A DNA stretch of 64,000 bases, from assembly GCA_965649765.1 (NCBI GenBank), contig OZ287752.1, forward strand, positions 86,552,001 through 86,616,000, written 5' to 3'. The notes beneath the pieces were generated by a model. It saw nothing but the letters and a program-made list of their open reading frames with translations, was not told the DNA's origin and did not search any database. Source of the stretch: Bispira polyomma. Its lineage: Eukaryota. Positions 24,240-36,660 of this stretch are shown one piece after another. The position numbers and the translations under genes were made by a program. Within the stretch, counting starts at the first letter, position 1. Each line of letters begins with the position of its first letter.

Positions 24240-25318
24240 TTTTCCATGTACACCAGTCCACTCAGCAAGATTATTGCTGCATACAAAACATAAACATTCG
24301 GTTCTATGCTGATGATACCCAACTATACATCCACCTTACACCTGACTCTGCTCACACAGCTTTCACTTCCGCACAGAACTGCCTTTTAAATGTACAACAC
24401 TGGATGGCAGCAAATAAACTCAAGCTGAACCCTGATAAGACTGAGTTTATTTTGTTCGGCTCCAAGTCGCAACCGGAAAAACTGTCCAGCTGTTTCCCAC
24501 TTGATACTCTTGGCAGAAGGCTTTGAGCTGACAAAGTACGCAACCTGGGTGTGTTGTTTGACTCTGAATTCTCCTTCTCTAACCATGTTGCATCGGTGTG
24601 TAGATCATCTTTTGTTTGTCTCCGTGATTTCAGGCGTATTCGACGTTATCTTTCCAAATCCACTGCAATTACTGTTGCCAATGTTTTGGTCACCAGTAGG
24701 CTTCATTACTGCAACTCTCTGTTCCGTTCCTTATCTTGTAGTGATCTCAGACGCTTTCAGAATATCCAACACTCACTGGCACGTATTGTGACCAAAACTT
24801 CTAAATTCTCCCACATTACTCCTGTACTGAAGTCACTGCACTGGCTCACAATAAAATATTGTGTTACTTTAAAAACAGCAACAATTATACATAAATTTCT
24901 AAATTCTGGATTACCCACTTTCAGCCCCCATCTATCCAAAAATACATGCTCAGTCATGACAAGGAGCAATAACCCTGATAAATTATACCTTAATATTCCT
25001 ACTTTCGACTCTTGCATCCACAAATCCAAAGTTCAGTTCAATCATTCCCTAGCTCATGATGGCCCCCTCATTTGGAACAGCCTGATCATGTTTGTCTGGG
25101 TCAAACTTTTTCCTCTTTCAGGAGTAACCTGAAGGCCTACCTTTTTGAACAGGCTTTTCCACCTTAGCCGTCGCAACCATTCCGGTAGTCTTCCTGGTTA
25201 CGACTTCTATCCGCTCACTATTTTTGATTTTAGATTAATGTTTTGGGTTTGTTGCGCCTTAGAATTTGTTGTACAAAGATGAGGCGGTATAAAAGTAAGA
25301 CTAGATTAGATTAGATTA
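24240..25318 (+). mobile_element. 5'-truncated L2 LINE with (TAGAT)n tail
   Basis: [38 protein letters not shown] and HITPVLKSLHWL motifs; tail CTAGATTAGATTAGATT. Confidence 0.9.
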
Positions 25319-27139
25319 CTGAAGGAAAGTAGAGTAGCAAGATGGAAGAGCTGTTTTGAAACAACAGCTTTGAAAGTGGTGACATGGGTTTCAAACAAAA
25401 TGTGATAATAAATAGAAAACCAAAGTAAGACATGGAGATACATCAGTAAGGATACCAGGACGAAAAATGACTCTTAGATAGGTTTGAATGGACTATATAT
25501 AGTTTATAAATAACCACTTTTTTCACCATTACTCTGATTTTGTCTCTTATATCCTCTGATAGAAGTTTTAACAGCCTCAGATATTAGATAACGAAGCATT
25601 GAATATCTTAAAATCATAATCATAATCAATTATAATTGTATTTTAGTGACTTCAAGACAATGAGCTTTCTGTGTCAAGTCAATTTGTGTCTTGTAATTTC
25701 CTGTTCTAGAAATAAGGTTGTCCTTCTTCTGAAGGCCAAGGCTATAACTCCAGTACAAGGCTATCCTTATCATTGACAACAAATCCAATTGGGATACTCA
25801 ATGTAACATTGTTAGCAACTTGTAATTCATCTTAAATCACCATATTTCTGTAGCTATATTCTCTAAACATCTCAAGCTCAACTCACACCTAAATTTAAAG
25901 TCCACATATCTGTTCCTAAAGTTAAGTTAAATCTGAATGGATGTTTGAATTTAGCACTGATTAATTTTGAATGTGTGATGTAATTGACCTCCTCTCTAGT
26001 GCGGAGAGACTGAACCTTTATTTAAGTTGAGTTTGAGTACTGTTAGGACTATATAGAACGTCTAGTGACTTTAGCTACATGGAAATTCACTCAAATTCCT
26101 GTGCTTGTAATAAATGGAGTCTTCTTTGGACATTTCCTAAATGTACACCCCAACAGTTGTAACATGAACCCGTAAACCTTCTAAGGAAATAAGGCTCCAT
26201 TTAAAAATACTCAAAACAGAAACATTGGTAATATAACATATGCTAGTAAAAAAACCACTAGTTGCAGGATATGAATTTTTAAAATATCAAATATAACAAC
26301 AAAAATACAAAAACATTAAACAAATTAGATATCGTTTACTAATGGCTTATCTTGTTATTGTACACACTAAAGTAAATATTTCACGATGGCTTTTAAAAGT
26401 TGAAAGGAATTTTACAAACCTGTGGCGTGTAACCACATTAAGGTACCCATAAAACCTTATTTTTGCATAGTTTGAGAGCAATTTACTAGCTGTCTCAAAC
26501 AAAATATTGTGTTAAATTTACTTCTGTATAATTAAATATATGTTCTTTTCAACACTAGAGTCCCATTGTTTTATTGTCATGTTTACAATAAATGAGTAAA
26601 GTGATGTTTCCTTGTCACAAAGGATACATTTGGATGATGTTGTACTAGTCAATTAGGTGTTTACATATTTAGGTATTACAAAGATGACCTCTACAGGCTG
26701 ATATAGAAATGTAGTTTGTCACAAAAAATTCCAGACATTGACCCTTAGTTAGGGCAATAAATATAAGAACCTGAAGTGTTTTTGTTTTTTCAATGTAAAA
26801 AACCTGAAATGAGCAGATTTCTGTTATAACACTTCTAAATATGTAATATAACACTTTTAAATATGTCACAACCACTTTACAATCAATATCTAATCTGTTC
26901 CAATATTACTTTGATAATCCACCACCTGGTCATTGGTTAACAAAACCTTACTAACTACTAACTATGCTACCAATCTAGTTACTCTGCTATCTGTTAAATT
27001 TTGTCCCTCCCTCTTAGCAGGCGCTTTGTAATATAATGCTTACTAACTTTAGGATTACTATAATAGGACCGGGATACTTATTGATTACTTTAAAATAATA
27101 TTTTGTATACACAGATATTTGTGTTACCAAATTCAGCAA

Positions 27140-28150
27140 TACACTGTTTGTAATCACATCCATTCCAGAGTGTTGGAGCATCATAGGCAAAGCTATTGTT
27201 AAACTGACCTTAAGATTTGTGTACTGCTAAGATAAATCTTGGTACAGTGAGGTACTTTTTTCCAGTCTGCTCCTTCTGATATTATGACTGTGTGTGTAAG
27301 GTGTGAGGTATGGATTCCAGGCCATAATTTAAGAATTTGTCAACTAAAGTAGCTGTTTTGAACATACATCTTAACTCAATGGGTAACCAGGGGAGACTTC
27401 TTAAGGCCGGAGTAACACGGGCGAACTTAGAATCGTTGGCCACCAATCTGGGTAACAAGTTTTAGATGCATAGCAACTTACGAATGTCAGCCTTGGATAA
27501 ACTTCTATAAAGATAATTACAGTAGTCCAGACGACTTGTAACCAGGGCATCTGCGACTATAGTAGCAGTACTGGTTGAGAAATAGCACCTAACCCTTCTT
27601 AGATCCCTCATTTGGATGAAACAAGACTTGCAAACGTCATAAACTTGTTTGGGAAAGGAAAACCTGGAATCAAACCACACCCGAAGTTTCTTGACAACAC
27701 TTGCAGGATACAACTTGTTTCCTAAAATATTGACTGGAAAAAAATCCTTAAATCTATCAGCCTGTGATCTTGATCCAAATAGTATGAACTCAGTCTTGTC
27801 CAGGTTTAATTTAAGCTTGTTGGCAAACATCCATTTTCGAACATCACTGAGACAACTTTTTAGACTATCGAGAACAGTTGTTGCATTTTTATATGAGAGA
27901 TGAGCACACAGCTGTGTGTCGTCAGCATAAAAGTGGTACTTGATATTGCAATCTTTGCTGACGATATAGCTGAGCAGAGTAGTGTACAAAGAAAACAAGG
28001 TTGGGCCCAGGACTGACCCTTGGGGAACACCAAACTCAAGCCTAAACAAATCTGACAGAGTGGAGCCTATTTTGACAGACTGAAATCGATTTGAGAGATA
28101 TAAAGTGAACCATTTGAGAACTGTACCATGAAATCCGAACCAGGATGACA
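27140..28150 (-). mobile_element. Decayed L2 LINE RT fragment
   Basis: ORF 27462-28049 contains FGVPQGSVLGPTLFSLYT, FYADDTQL, KLKLNLDKTEFILFGS and LVTSRLDYCN. Confidence 0.9.
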
Positions 28151-29390
28151 GGGGTACAATTAGAAAGGGGAACTTTTTTTACAGATAATATGGTATATTC
28201 GGCAGAGAGTTAAAGACAAATATTGCAAATAAACGAGTAATTTCTCCTGATTGTAACAGATCTGGCAAGTCAATATGCCACATGTAAACACACCTCATTC
28301 TATTGCTATTCCATAAGGTCTTACATTTTTTCAGTGTTTTACAAACAATCAGATACAAACCTTCCACTAATAGAATCACATGCAAAGATGCCATTTAACA
28401 AACAAAATTAACAAACTTGTGTAAATTGTCATAACATCCGCAGTAAATAATCAACCCGGGACTTTGTAATCCCATATCAAATATATGCGAAAAACAGTTA
28501 TTTTAAAATTATTTCACAAAGCAGCATCAATTAATAATGTAAATACTTGAGTATTGCATGCGAATATAGGAACAGAATGATCTATCAATGATGTGAATCT
28601 ATATCAATATAATTTGAAGGGTATTCCCCCATAAAATTATTTACACCAAAATTATTTCCTGTGTGATTAATTTGTTTGTGTTAGAAATGTGTATTAAAGT
28701 AATTATTGATTTAGCACATGCTCGAAGTTTGCACCTATATATCTGATAATGATGTGCACACATCAAAATGTTTTTGTTTTATTTCGAAGTGAGTAATAAG
28801 TCCCTGTGGGCTGGGAATGACAATCAATTTTTACTGTTAATTGTAACAGGAAATGGATATACTAGTCACAGTCCCCCACACTCCCAAGTCAAGAATAACA
28901 AATCCATGAGGGTATATACTTTTATTATATAAAATGTATATGTAAAAATGTAAAATATATAATCTAAACTACTGCCTATATACATTTCAATTTTTAAATT
29001 TTAATACAACTATAAAGGTTACATTGTTTTAAGGCTTTAAGTTGAGATCACGTATAAAATTCTTAAATTAACAATTTTTCCAAACGTAAGTATTTTGAGT
29101 TTAAGTTTGCACTTAAACTTGTTTTAATTTATGGTGCTCTTAACTTAAGTTAAGAGTACACTTAAACCCAAATTGTAAGGTGACCTTAACTTGATGAGTC
29201 ACCAAGGTGAAGTTAAACTGAACCAGTTTAAGATTACCCTAACCCGCAAAGGGGTTCTTATGACTTTAAGATATGAATATTTAAAAACCCCGTTGACCTC
29301 AACTTTCACAATTGTTTTAATTTCACATGTGTTACTATAAACAGAAAACCTCAAACCCAACTAGTATGAGTAGAAAACATTTTGTAGGAT

Positions 29391-30371
29391 TTAACAAAGT
29401 CTGGAAGGTGGTAGCCACTTCTGTAGTATTTGTGTTTGATTGTATATATGTATACACGCAATCCGACGTCCAGGTGCCATGCTCCTTATTTGCTGTATGG
29501 GCACCTGCACCTGATACGCCAGAGTGGCACCTGAATGCCGGAAAGCATGAAAAGTGAAAAAATTTGATGGATATCCCAACTTTTCATTAAATTTTGCCAA
29601 ATTCTTTCTTACCCTAGAGTCAGTGACTACCTGACGACCAGTAGTTGTCAAACATTGAAATAAGGGCTCATTCTTTCCTGGCTTGTACAATCTGAATAAT
29701 TTTTTTAACGCCTCATACGGACATATTGACAAAACTTTAAGTCTGGGGAGAGTAATTATTTGAACTTTATCTCTGTTCTGCAATGTTTTTGACCACTTTA
29801 ATAATCGTTTGACCGTGTCTTTTTCAAAAAATACATCACCACCAGTAAAGTGACGTGATGCGTCAAAATCTTTGACCGAATGCGGAACCAGATTGGACAA
29901 CCTGAAGAACCCAAAGAAACCTGTGAGGAAAATGGCTTTAAATACATCTGAATTGCTTAAGTAGGCACACTGCCTTATTAACTGTTGTAGGGTATCAATG
30001 TCTAATACATTTCTGTTGACCACAGCATGTTTTCTGTTTAACTTTAGAGACTTTAAAAAATACTTGATTTTGGGGTGATCAAAAAGATGAAATGGCAGAT
30101 CATATATTACACACATTGCTTTTAATGCAGATATATAATTGGCTATCATGTGCACAGATACCTTGTTTATTACCAGATATTCTAGAAAAGACATGACATT
30201 TTTCACCTCTAGAGCTTCTAATGCTAGCCCTGTACATAAGCAAAATGCGACAAATGTCCTGAATAAACCTTGATAACAGGATCTTGTCTTGGGTCTAAAA
30301 GCTGTGTGTAGCCTGTGATTTGCTCCTGACTGCAAAGCCCTAAGTGCTTCAGTGCCTACAAAACAAAGCAT
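29391..30371 (-). pseudogene. Tyrosine recombinase of YR element 2 (frameshift near C-terminus)
   Basis: AFRPKTRSCY, FFGFFRLSNLVP and FTFHAFRHSGAT motifs; the HGTWTSD segment is shifted out of frame at ~29480. Confidence 0.92.
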
Positions 30372-30424
30372 AGTATCTTCACGTAACTAAAACGACATGC
30401 TTAGTTACTAAAGTGTTATTTTAT

Positions 30425-32889
30425 TTACAATGTGTTATCTATTTGTGTTAATTCTATTGAAGTCTGTAACCATATAGGCTTGTGTACCAGTGAGTTTATC
30501 TCCATACAATTATCTACTGTATTTTTCCATCTGGATAGCAAATCTGCTATTCTATTATCTTTGCCTAAAACATGCACGTACTTTAAATCAATATCCGCTG
30601 TGGCTGCAATATACCACACGTTTCTGGCACATACCGACAAGAAAGGGTCTCTAGCTTTTCCTGAGTTCAGAACGTGAACGACTGCTTGGTTGTCACACTT
30701 AATTAGTACTTTTGTTCCCTGCCAATAATTTTTGTATAATCTCAACGCAACTACAATGTTGACCATCTCAAGGTGAAAAATACCAAAATTTTTTAAATTT
30801 AATGGGATGGGGAGGTGATACACTAATTGCTTCCATCTACCTCCCAAACCATACAAGCAGGCGTCCAGTTCCAATGTGTGATCAATCCTCTTGTGGCCAT
30901 ACATAGATACACCATTATATTTTGGTAGAAATTTGTCAAACCACCTTAAGTCTTGTTTGAAACTTTCTGTCAACTCGACTCTGTTTGGATTTGCTATACT
31001 TCTTAGTAGCTCCAACATTCTGTAAAGGAAGTATCTCGCCGGTTTGACACATTTGTGAATATAAAGTAGTTGTCCTAATAAGGACTGCAACTGCCTTTTT
31101 GTACAATAATTTTTTGTTTGCCACTGCTTTACAGTGGATTTTTCCTGTAGTTTTTCTTCCGGTATTGCTACCGTGCCTTCGACAGTATCAACAAGTATCC
31201 CCAAGCACACTGCTTGTGTGCTGGGAGCTACCAACTTTTTCTGGCTGATTGTAAGACCTAATTTTTCCATGACATCATATAGACATTCGAATGAACGCTT
31301 TGCGACTGTGGGCGTGCCGTACCCTAAAAAGTCATCTATGTAGTTTATAACACTGAAGCAAAGCTGACGCATAACGTAACGCACTGCGTCACTGACGCGT
31401 TGTAAAAACTGACTATCATGATGACTCCCAAATGGGAGACACGTGTCGATGTAGATACCTTGCCAATTTAATCCCAGCAGATCATAGTCCAAAGGATCTA
31501 TTTTTAAATGACGAAAAGCGCGACTAACGTCTAGCTTGTATATGTGCGCCCCTTTTCCTAGTTTTGCAAGTTCCCTAGTAAGGTCATCACTGGTAGGAAA
31601 ATTTAATTTGGACTCAGCACCTAAGTAACTGTCTTTGTCTACCCCAGCATTCACTTAATATCCTTTAGGCCAACTTAAATCTATTATGACTCGTCTGTTG
31701 TCTGAATTGGGCTTGTGCCTAGTCATGAATGGGGAATGGTGATCATTTTCAATTGGGTTTTTTTCAAAAGGACCTATTAAGGCTCCAAAATTCTTTTCCT
31801 CGTTTATGTAAACACTGACATCTTTTGAATATTCATTCGCCGATTTGTGGTTGTCCACATCACTCTTTAGCTCACAATTTCTATTGAATCCCATGGGGAA
31901 CCCAAATTCCAATAACTGGAGCAATTGACTATCCCAATAGCCACTTAACATTTTTCTCCACTGACTTATATTTAGCTGGGAAACCACGGGTATTCTCGCC
32001 CCCATAAAATTGGGGCCCCCAACCTTTTTCACCTCATTATGTCTCTTGATTGCACATTCAATACTAGGCTCTCTGTTTGTTTTGTCAGAAGTTATGGGAT
32101 CACTCAAGGGCACAAAACCAAACTGACACTCTGTTTGTTCTTGAAATTGATTAAAACTTTTACAATCCCCCCCCCAGTCTGTTTGGTCATGAAACAGTAT
32201 AGAGTTGATAAACTTGTCGTCCATGCCATTTATATTATATAACAGTAGGGTTTCGTGCTTAGAGTTGTCATGTGAGTCATTTCTGACCCGTTGTCGATTT
32301 GTGTGAGGAGGAAATTTCCCCTCTGTCTTTTGTCTGGCTTTTTGCTGGCAGGTGTAAGCTGCTGCTTGTTCACCTCCACATGTGCATTACAAGTTGTCAC
32401 GTCAGTTGGTTTTACCTGTTGTGTACTACTAACCGTCTTGCTAAATTGTCGTGTTTTGACTTCATTAAGTCTGTTTTTTACCACACTGGCATAAGACCTA
32501 GCAGTTACATCACAATTAACAGCCCTGTATGTACACAATATGTTTTCTAATGGGCGAACCATTAGACTTTCCACCACACTCTTTATAATGTTACTGTTGT
32601 AAAACATTTTGTCACTATATTTTTTGGTGCCCTGAACCCGTGTTGTCTTACACATTTTAAAACCTTCCAGACTAGTCAAATCTTTAGTCTGTCTAAAATT
32701 GGCAGAATGTCCTGCCGTGGCACTCACACTGTCACATTTAGGTATTGGACTCATGCGCCCTACAGTTGTATCTACTGGTTTTTTAACTAGACTAAAAACA
32801 TCACCTGTGTTTATGTTTTTTGCCCGATTCATCTCTTTATATTTACAGCTGCCCTGCAGTTCAACACTCTGTGGACAGCCAGTTATTCG
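30425..32889 (-). pseudogene. pol (RT + RNase H) of YR element 2; one frameshift (~32230) and one in-frame stop (31655-31657)
   Basis: SPFMTRHKPNSDNRRVIIDLSWPKG, KLDVSRAFRHL, LPFG, YIDD, LDACL, KCDNQAVV and HVLGKDNRIADLLSRW motifs. Confidence 0.92.
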
Positions 32890-33839
32890 TTTTTTGTTTC
32901 ATTTTTCTTAGAAAACAGACAGTCTTTTTCTGGGTGGGACAAAATGCGCCCTATTGTCACACAGTGAGAACAGATATGTCTGTGCAACTTTCCCCCAATT
33001 TCATGATCTTTACTGTGTTGACACGTTCCTTTTTGAAAGAATTTACAAAACCAGGGCATGAGCTGCTTTTGCGCCTTGCCATGTGAAATCAGTGGCATCT
33101 TCCATTAGGTCAGCCATGTACATTACCACTTTTTCTTTTTCTCACTGTCTGACTCTTGTATGATATTTTACAAAACCCTTGCACCCACTGAGATAGAGAC
33201 AATTGGTCGTAGGTTACTCTGTTTCTAGTGACGCCCCCTAATATTTCCTCATGAGGCCAGGCTACTTTATTCTTCACTATTACCTCTACTGGGCCGCCTC
33301 TTTTTGACTTTATTTTACTTGCATTATCAATACCTGTGTTTTGACTGTCTTTCTCTAGTTCCCTTAGTCTACTGTCTACACGACGCTGGAATGAAGCAGA
33401 GCTTCTCAATGTTGACAAACTTGGCAATACTTGTTCCTCATCTGAGGACTCACTATCAGAACTATCACTTTTAATTGACTTTTTATTTGACACAGTTCTA
33501 CTTAACTTTCCACTTGCTTCCTTTCCCTTCTGACGACTTGTGCTGGACTCCTCGACCCTGTCTTTCACTGCCTCTAGTCTCGCGTTTACCTTCTGTAGCT
33601 GCAACAAGATCTGCCTCTGGATACTGTCCTGGTCATCGCCGCTCGCTTTCTCTGCCAACTTCTTGCTGCCTCGGTAATCGCCCCCCATGATTACTAACTG
33701 AAGTGTCCTTCACTACACGGGTTTCCTCCATGGTGACCTCACTATCTGTCTCAACATGTATGTCTCTATTACATTTTTTTCCCGTCGGTGGAATATGTCT
33801 GTTGCCGCATTTTTTACACAATGCTTTCAACTGTGGCAT
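32883..33839 (-). pseudogene. gag of YR element 2 (frameshifted)
   Basis: MPQLKALCKKCGNRHIPPTGKKC knuckle; VAWPHE...YDQLSLSQWVQGF; CKFFQKGTCQHSKDH...HICSHC...HPEKDC; ends TKNE*. Confidence 0.85.
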
Positions 33840-35562
33840 ATTTAATTCTGAGTTTATATTGCAATGTTTGCAATTAAGTCACTGAAAAGAGATAAGTACG
33901 AGCCCACAGAGCTACTTTCTGGCCACACCAGTTCTTGGTTTTTAACTCGGCTTACAATTTGACTAATGCGCAAGAATAACACATAAGTTAGACCGTCCCT
34001 TAATCATCAGCCCGAGGGCTAAACCAAGCCTGAGGTTGTCAGAGAGTAACTGTGAACTATAAACACTGTCCGTGACGAAAGTTCCATCCGTTTCAATAAA
34101 ACACTAAAATCCTAAAAAGTCCTTGACAATTGTATCATATATAACATAAAATAAACAGTTTGTATAAAATGTAAATCATCAAAAACAAGACAACAAAATA
34201 TTTTCTGCCACACTTGTCTGTGGCTAATTTCAAACTGACTTATGTTTACTAATAAGTCTCTTTGCTTATTGCTCTTAACCAAGCAAATCAAAGTACCTTA
34301 ATTTCCACATAACAACATGGGGGTTGTTTATTAATGACTTAAACTTTTTTACCTGTCTTACCAACAGACTGGTACCCTCATGAATTTCAGGTCGTGAAGG
34401 ACTGACAAGGGCAATGCTTTAACACTGCCCCCGAGTAGTTGTCACTGTAATAAACAAATATCTGCCTATAATTGAAATATATTCTTTTCCCCACTTTTTT
34501 TTATGAAATTCTTTAAGTTTACTTATTTAAAATAAGCTTCAAAAACAATTTTAATGGTGTACTATTGGCGAGGATGTATATTAAATTAAGCATATTCACT
34601 GTACTAAACCTAGTGTGCAATAAGACACCAATAAGTAGAATTTGTAGTCAGGAGCTGCTTGAAAGGAAAAATACTGCTTTAAAATGACGTTCCTATTTCA
34701 TATTTTTATGTTAGTTTTAGGGTGGTTTACATAACATTCTACACTTTCTACTAACAGTAATTGTTACTATATTAACATTGGGACCCGTTGGCCTAGTGGT
34801 TAGAAGTGTTAGCTTCATAATCATTAATAAAATAATTTAAGAGATTTGGTTCCGAAAATAATAATACCGTCTATTGGAATGGCCAGAACACCACTTCATA
34901 ACAAATGCACACTTCATAACAAGCTTTTTATAGATGCCAAACAATGAGCTTCAGGATGCGAATCGGCTATTTTCGGAATAAAACAAACCAAAAGTAGCTT
35001 CCGATATGGCCCAAACACTGCTTGGAGCTCACGACCCACAATACTTTTTAAACCATCATTTTTATTAAACATCGATATTATCACTTCTTTACTGCAATTA
35101 ATAACATATTTATCGGAATTACAATTCTACAATTAGTACTCAGGATGACTGGGTCATCACTAATGCAAGCATGCCATGTTAATAAGCTGCTCTGACAAAC
35201 TCTAGCAGCGAAATATATAAGACTGTTCTTTAACAATTTCTCCATGTATATTTTGGTGATGACAATGAATTTGAGAAGGAAAGCACGGGAAGTACAACAA
35301 TACTATTGAAAGGAATCAAACTGAGAGACAAAATATGTCAATAATATTGACCAGAAACATTTTAATAAAAAAGAAATTAAAAATAGTATTAATATTATAG
35401 CTTTCTATTATTAGTTCAACAAGCCTCTGATCTGTTCCAATTCGAAGTATAAATGTGTGCTCTTTATGTTAATGTAAGTTTATAAGTAAAAATTCTTCAG
35501 AGGCCCCTGTACCCCCAGAAATCTCAATGAATACTCCAGTTGGAGGTACTAGTTTTACTTAA

Positions 35563-36418
35563 GGGGGGTTCGGCAAAATAGGCCCAATTTTAAAGTCGGG
35601 AAGGTCGGGCGAAAAAATCAATAATATCCACTGTTTGGGCGGGAAAATGACATTGTGTCCCGACCTTGCTGATCGAACTGATTGCACCCCATTTTGACGG
35701 GCCCACGACCCAGATCTCACTTTACTGATCCTCTTACTAGGATCTGACGTATCGCCCTAGGATCGAACTTATCAGCAATACGATTTGACGGATTCATATC
35801 CCCGAGCATAAGGATCGAACGTATAAAAAGTCAAAGTCGGGACTGTTATGGTATAATATAGATGACAAAATGAGGTTATTGTAACTGAAATAAAAGAATA
35901 ATACATGTTTAGACCTCATTTTTGATGAAAGTTTGTTAAAAATAACAGCAAAAAATTTCATCGTTCGTGTAGATGAACTGCACTGGAAGTGGATTTGATG
36001 TCGCAAAGATAAACACTTTTTAAACTGATTTCTGTTATTGAGACTGACAAAATGGGCTTTTATATGTGTCTACATACATAAATTCTTTCTGACCTTCCAG
36101 ACCACCATGTTTTCGCCCCTGGACCTATACTTTCGACGGGCCAGCATTAGGACAGGCCGGGAGTGATATTAAGACCTATCAGACAGAACGTATCGCCAAT
36201 AGGATCGAACTTATTCGCCAAAGCCCACCTTCCTGTTTTTAGAGGTCGGGGACACAAGTCGGGACACTTTCACAAAATATCAAACTTTTTTGATATTTTT
36301 CCTGACCTTCCCGACCACCCCGTTTTCGCCCCCAGCCTATATGTTTTGCCGATTTTCCTGTTATCGATCACAAACTTGGGAAGGTCGGGGACTAAATCCT
36401 GAATGTAGAACCCCCACT
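35563..36418. mobile_element. Non-autonomous DNA transposon/MITE flanked by TTAA (Kolobok-like)
   Basis: TTAA at 35559-35562 and 36419-36422. Imperfect TIRs GGGGGGTTCGGCA... / ...TGTAGAACCCCCACT. The CpG-rich interior has repeated GGGAAGGTCGGG and GGATCGAAC motifs in both orientations. Confidence 0.7.
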
Positions 36419-36422
36419 TTAA

Positions 36423-36660
36423 ATACACCTTGTCACTACATTCTACAATATATTTACATTATACAACTATTGTTATACATTTTTGCTTTAATATAATTTA
36501 AATTTACGAACACCTTAACTTTCGTGTATAGTTTAAGGCTACCTTAGTAACACTTACTTTTAAAACTAAGGTTACAACAGTGTTTATAAATAATTTAACT
36601 TTGAAGTGACCTTACCGACAGTAAGGCTACCTACTTTTGCACCAACAGTGCTTACAAATA
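36423..36660 (+). repeat. Orphan remnant resembling the 3' (B) repeat of the YR elements
   Basis: TTCTACAATATATTTACATTATACAACT resembles the start of B1/B2. It is followed by TTAAGGCTACCTTAG, TGAAGTGACCTTAC and GTAAGGCTACCTAC. Confidence 0.5.

Larger units (their letters stand above)
10105..27135 (+). repeat. Segmental duplication, copy B, expanded by TE insertions
   Basis: Same anchors as copy A in the same order. Interrupted by ~10738-17866 (includes YR element 1 and the gap) and by L2 insertions at 18799-20347, ~22395-23235 and ~24240-25318. Confidence 0.85.
28861..34059 (-). mobile_element. YR retrotransposon 2 (Ngaro-like), decayed
   Basis: gag/pol/YR fragments in order on the minus strand. 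The ends are inferred from an ACTA direct repeat (28861-28864, 34056-34059) enclosing the inverted 7-mers TCACAGT / ACTGTGA. Minus-strand AATAAA at 28921-28926. The boundaries are less certain than the internal ORFs. Confidence 0.85.
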
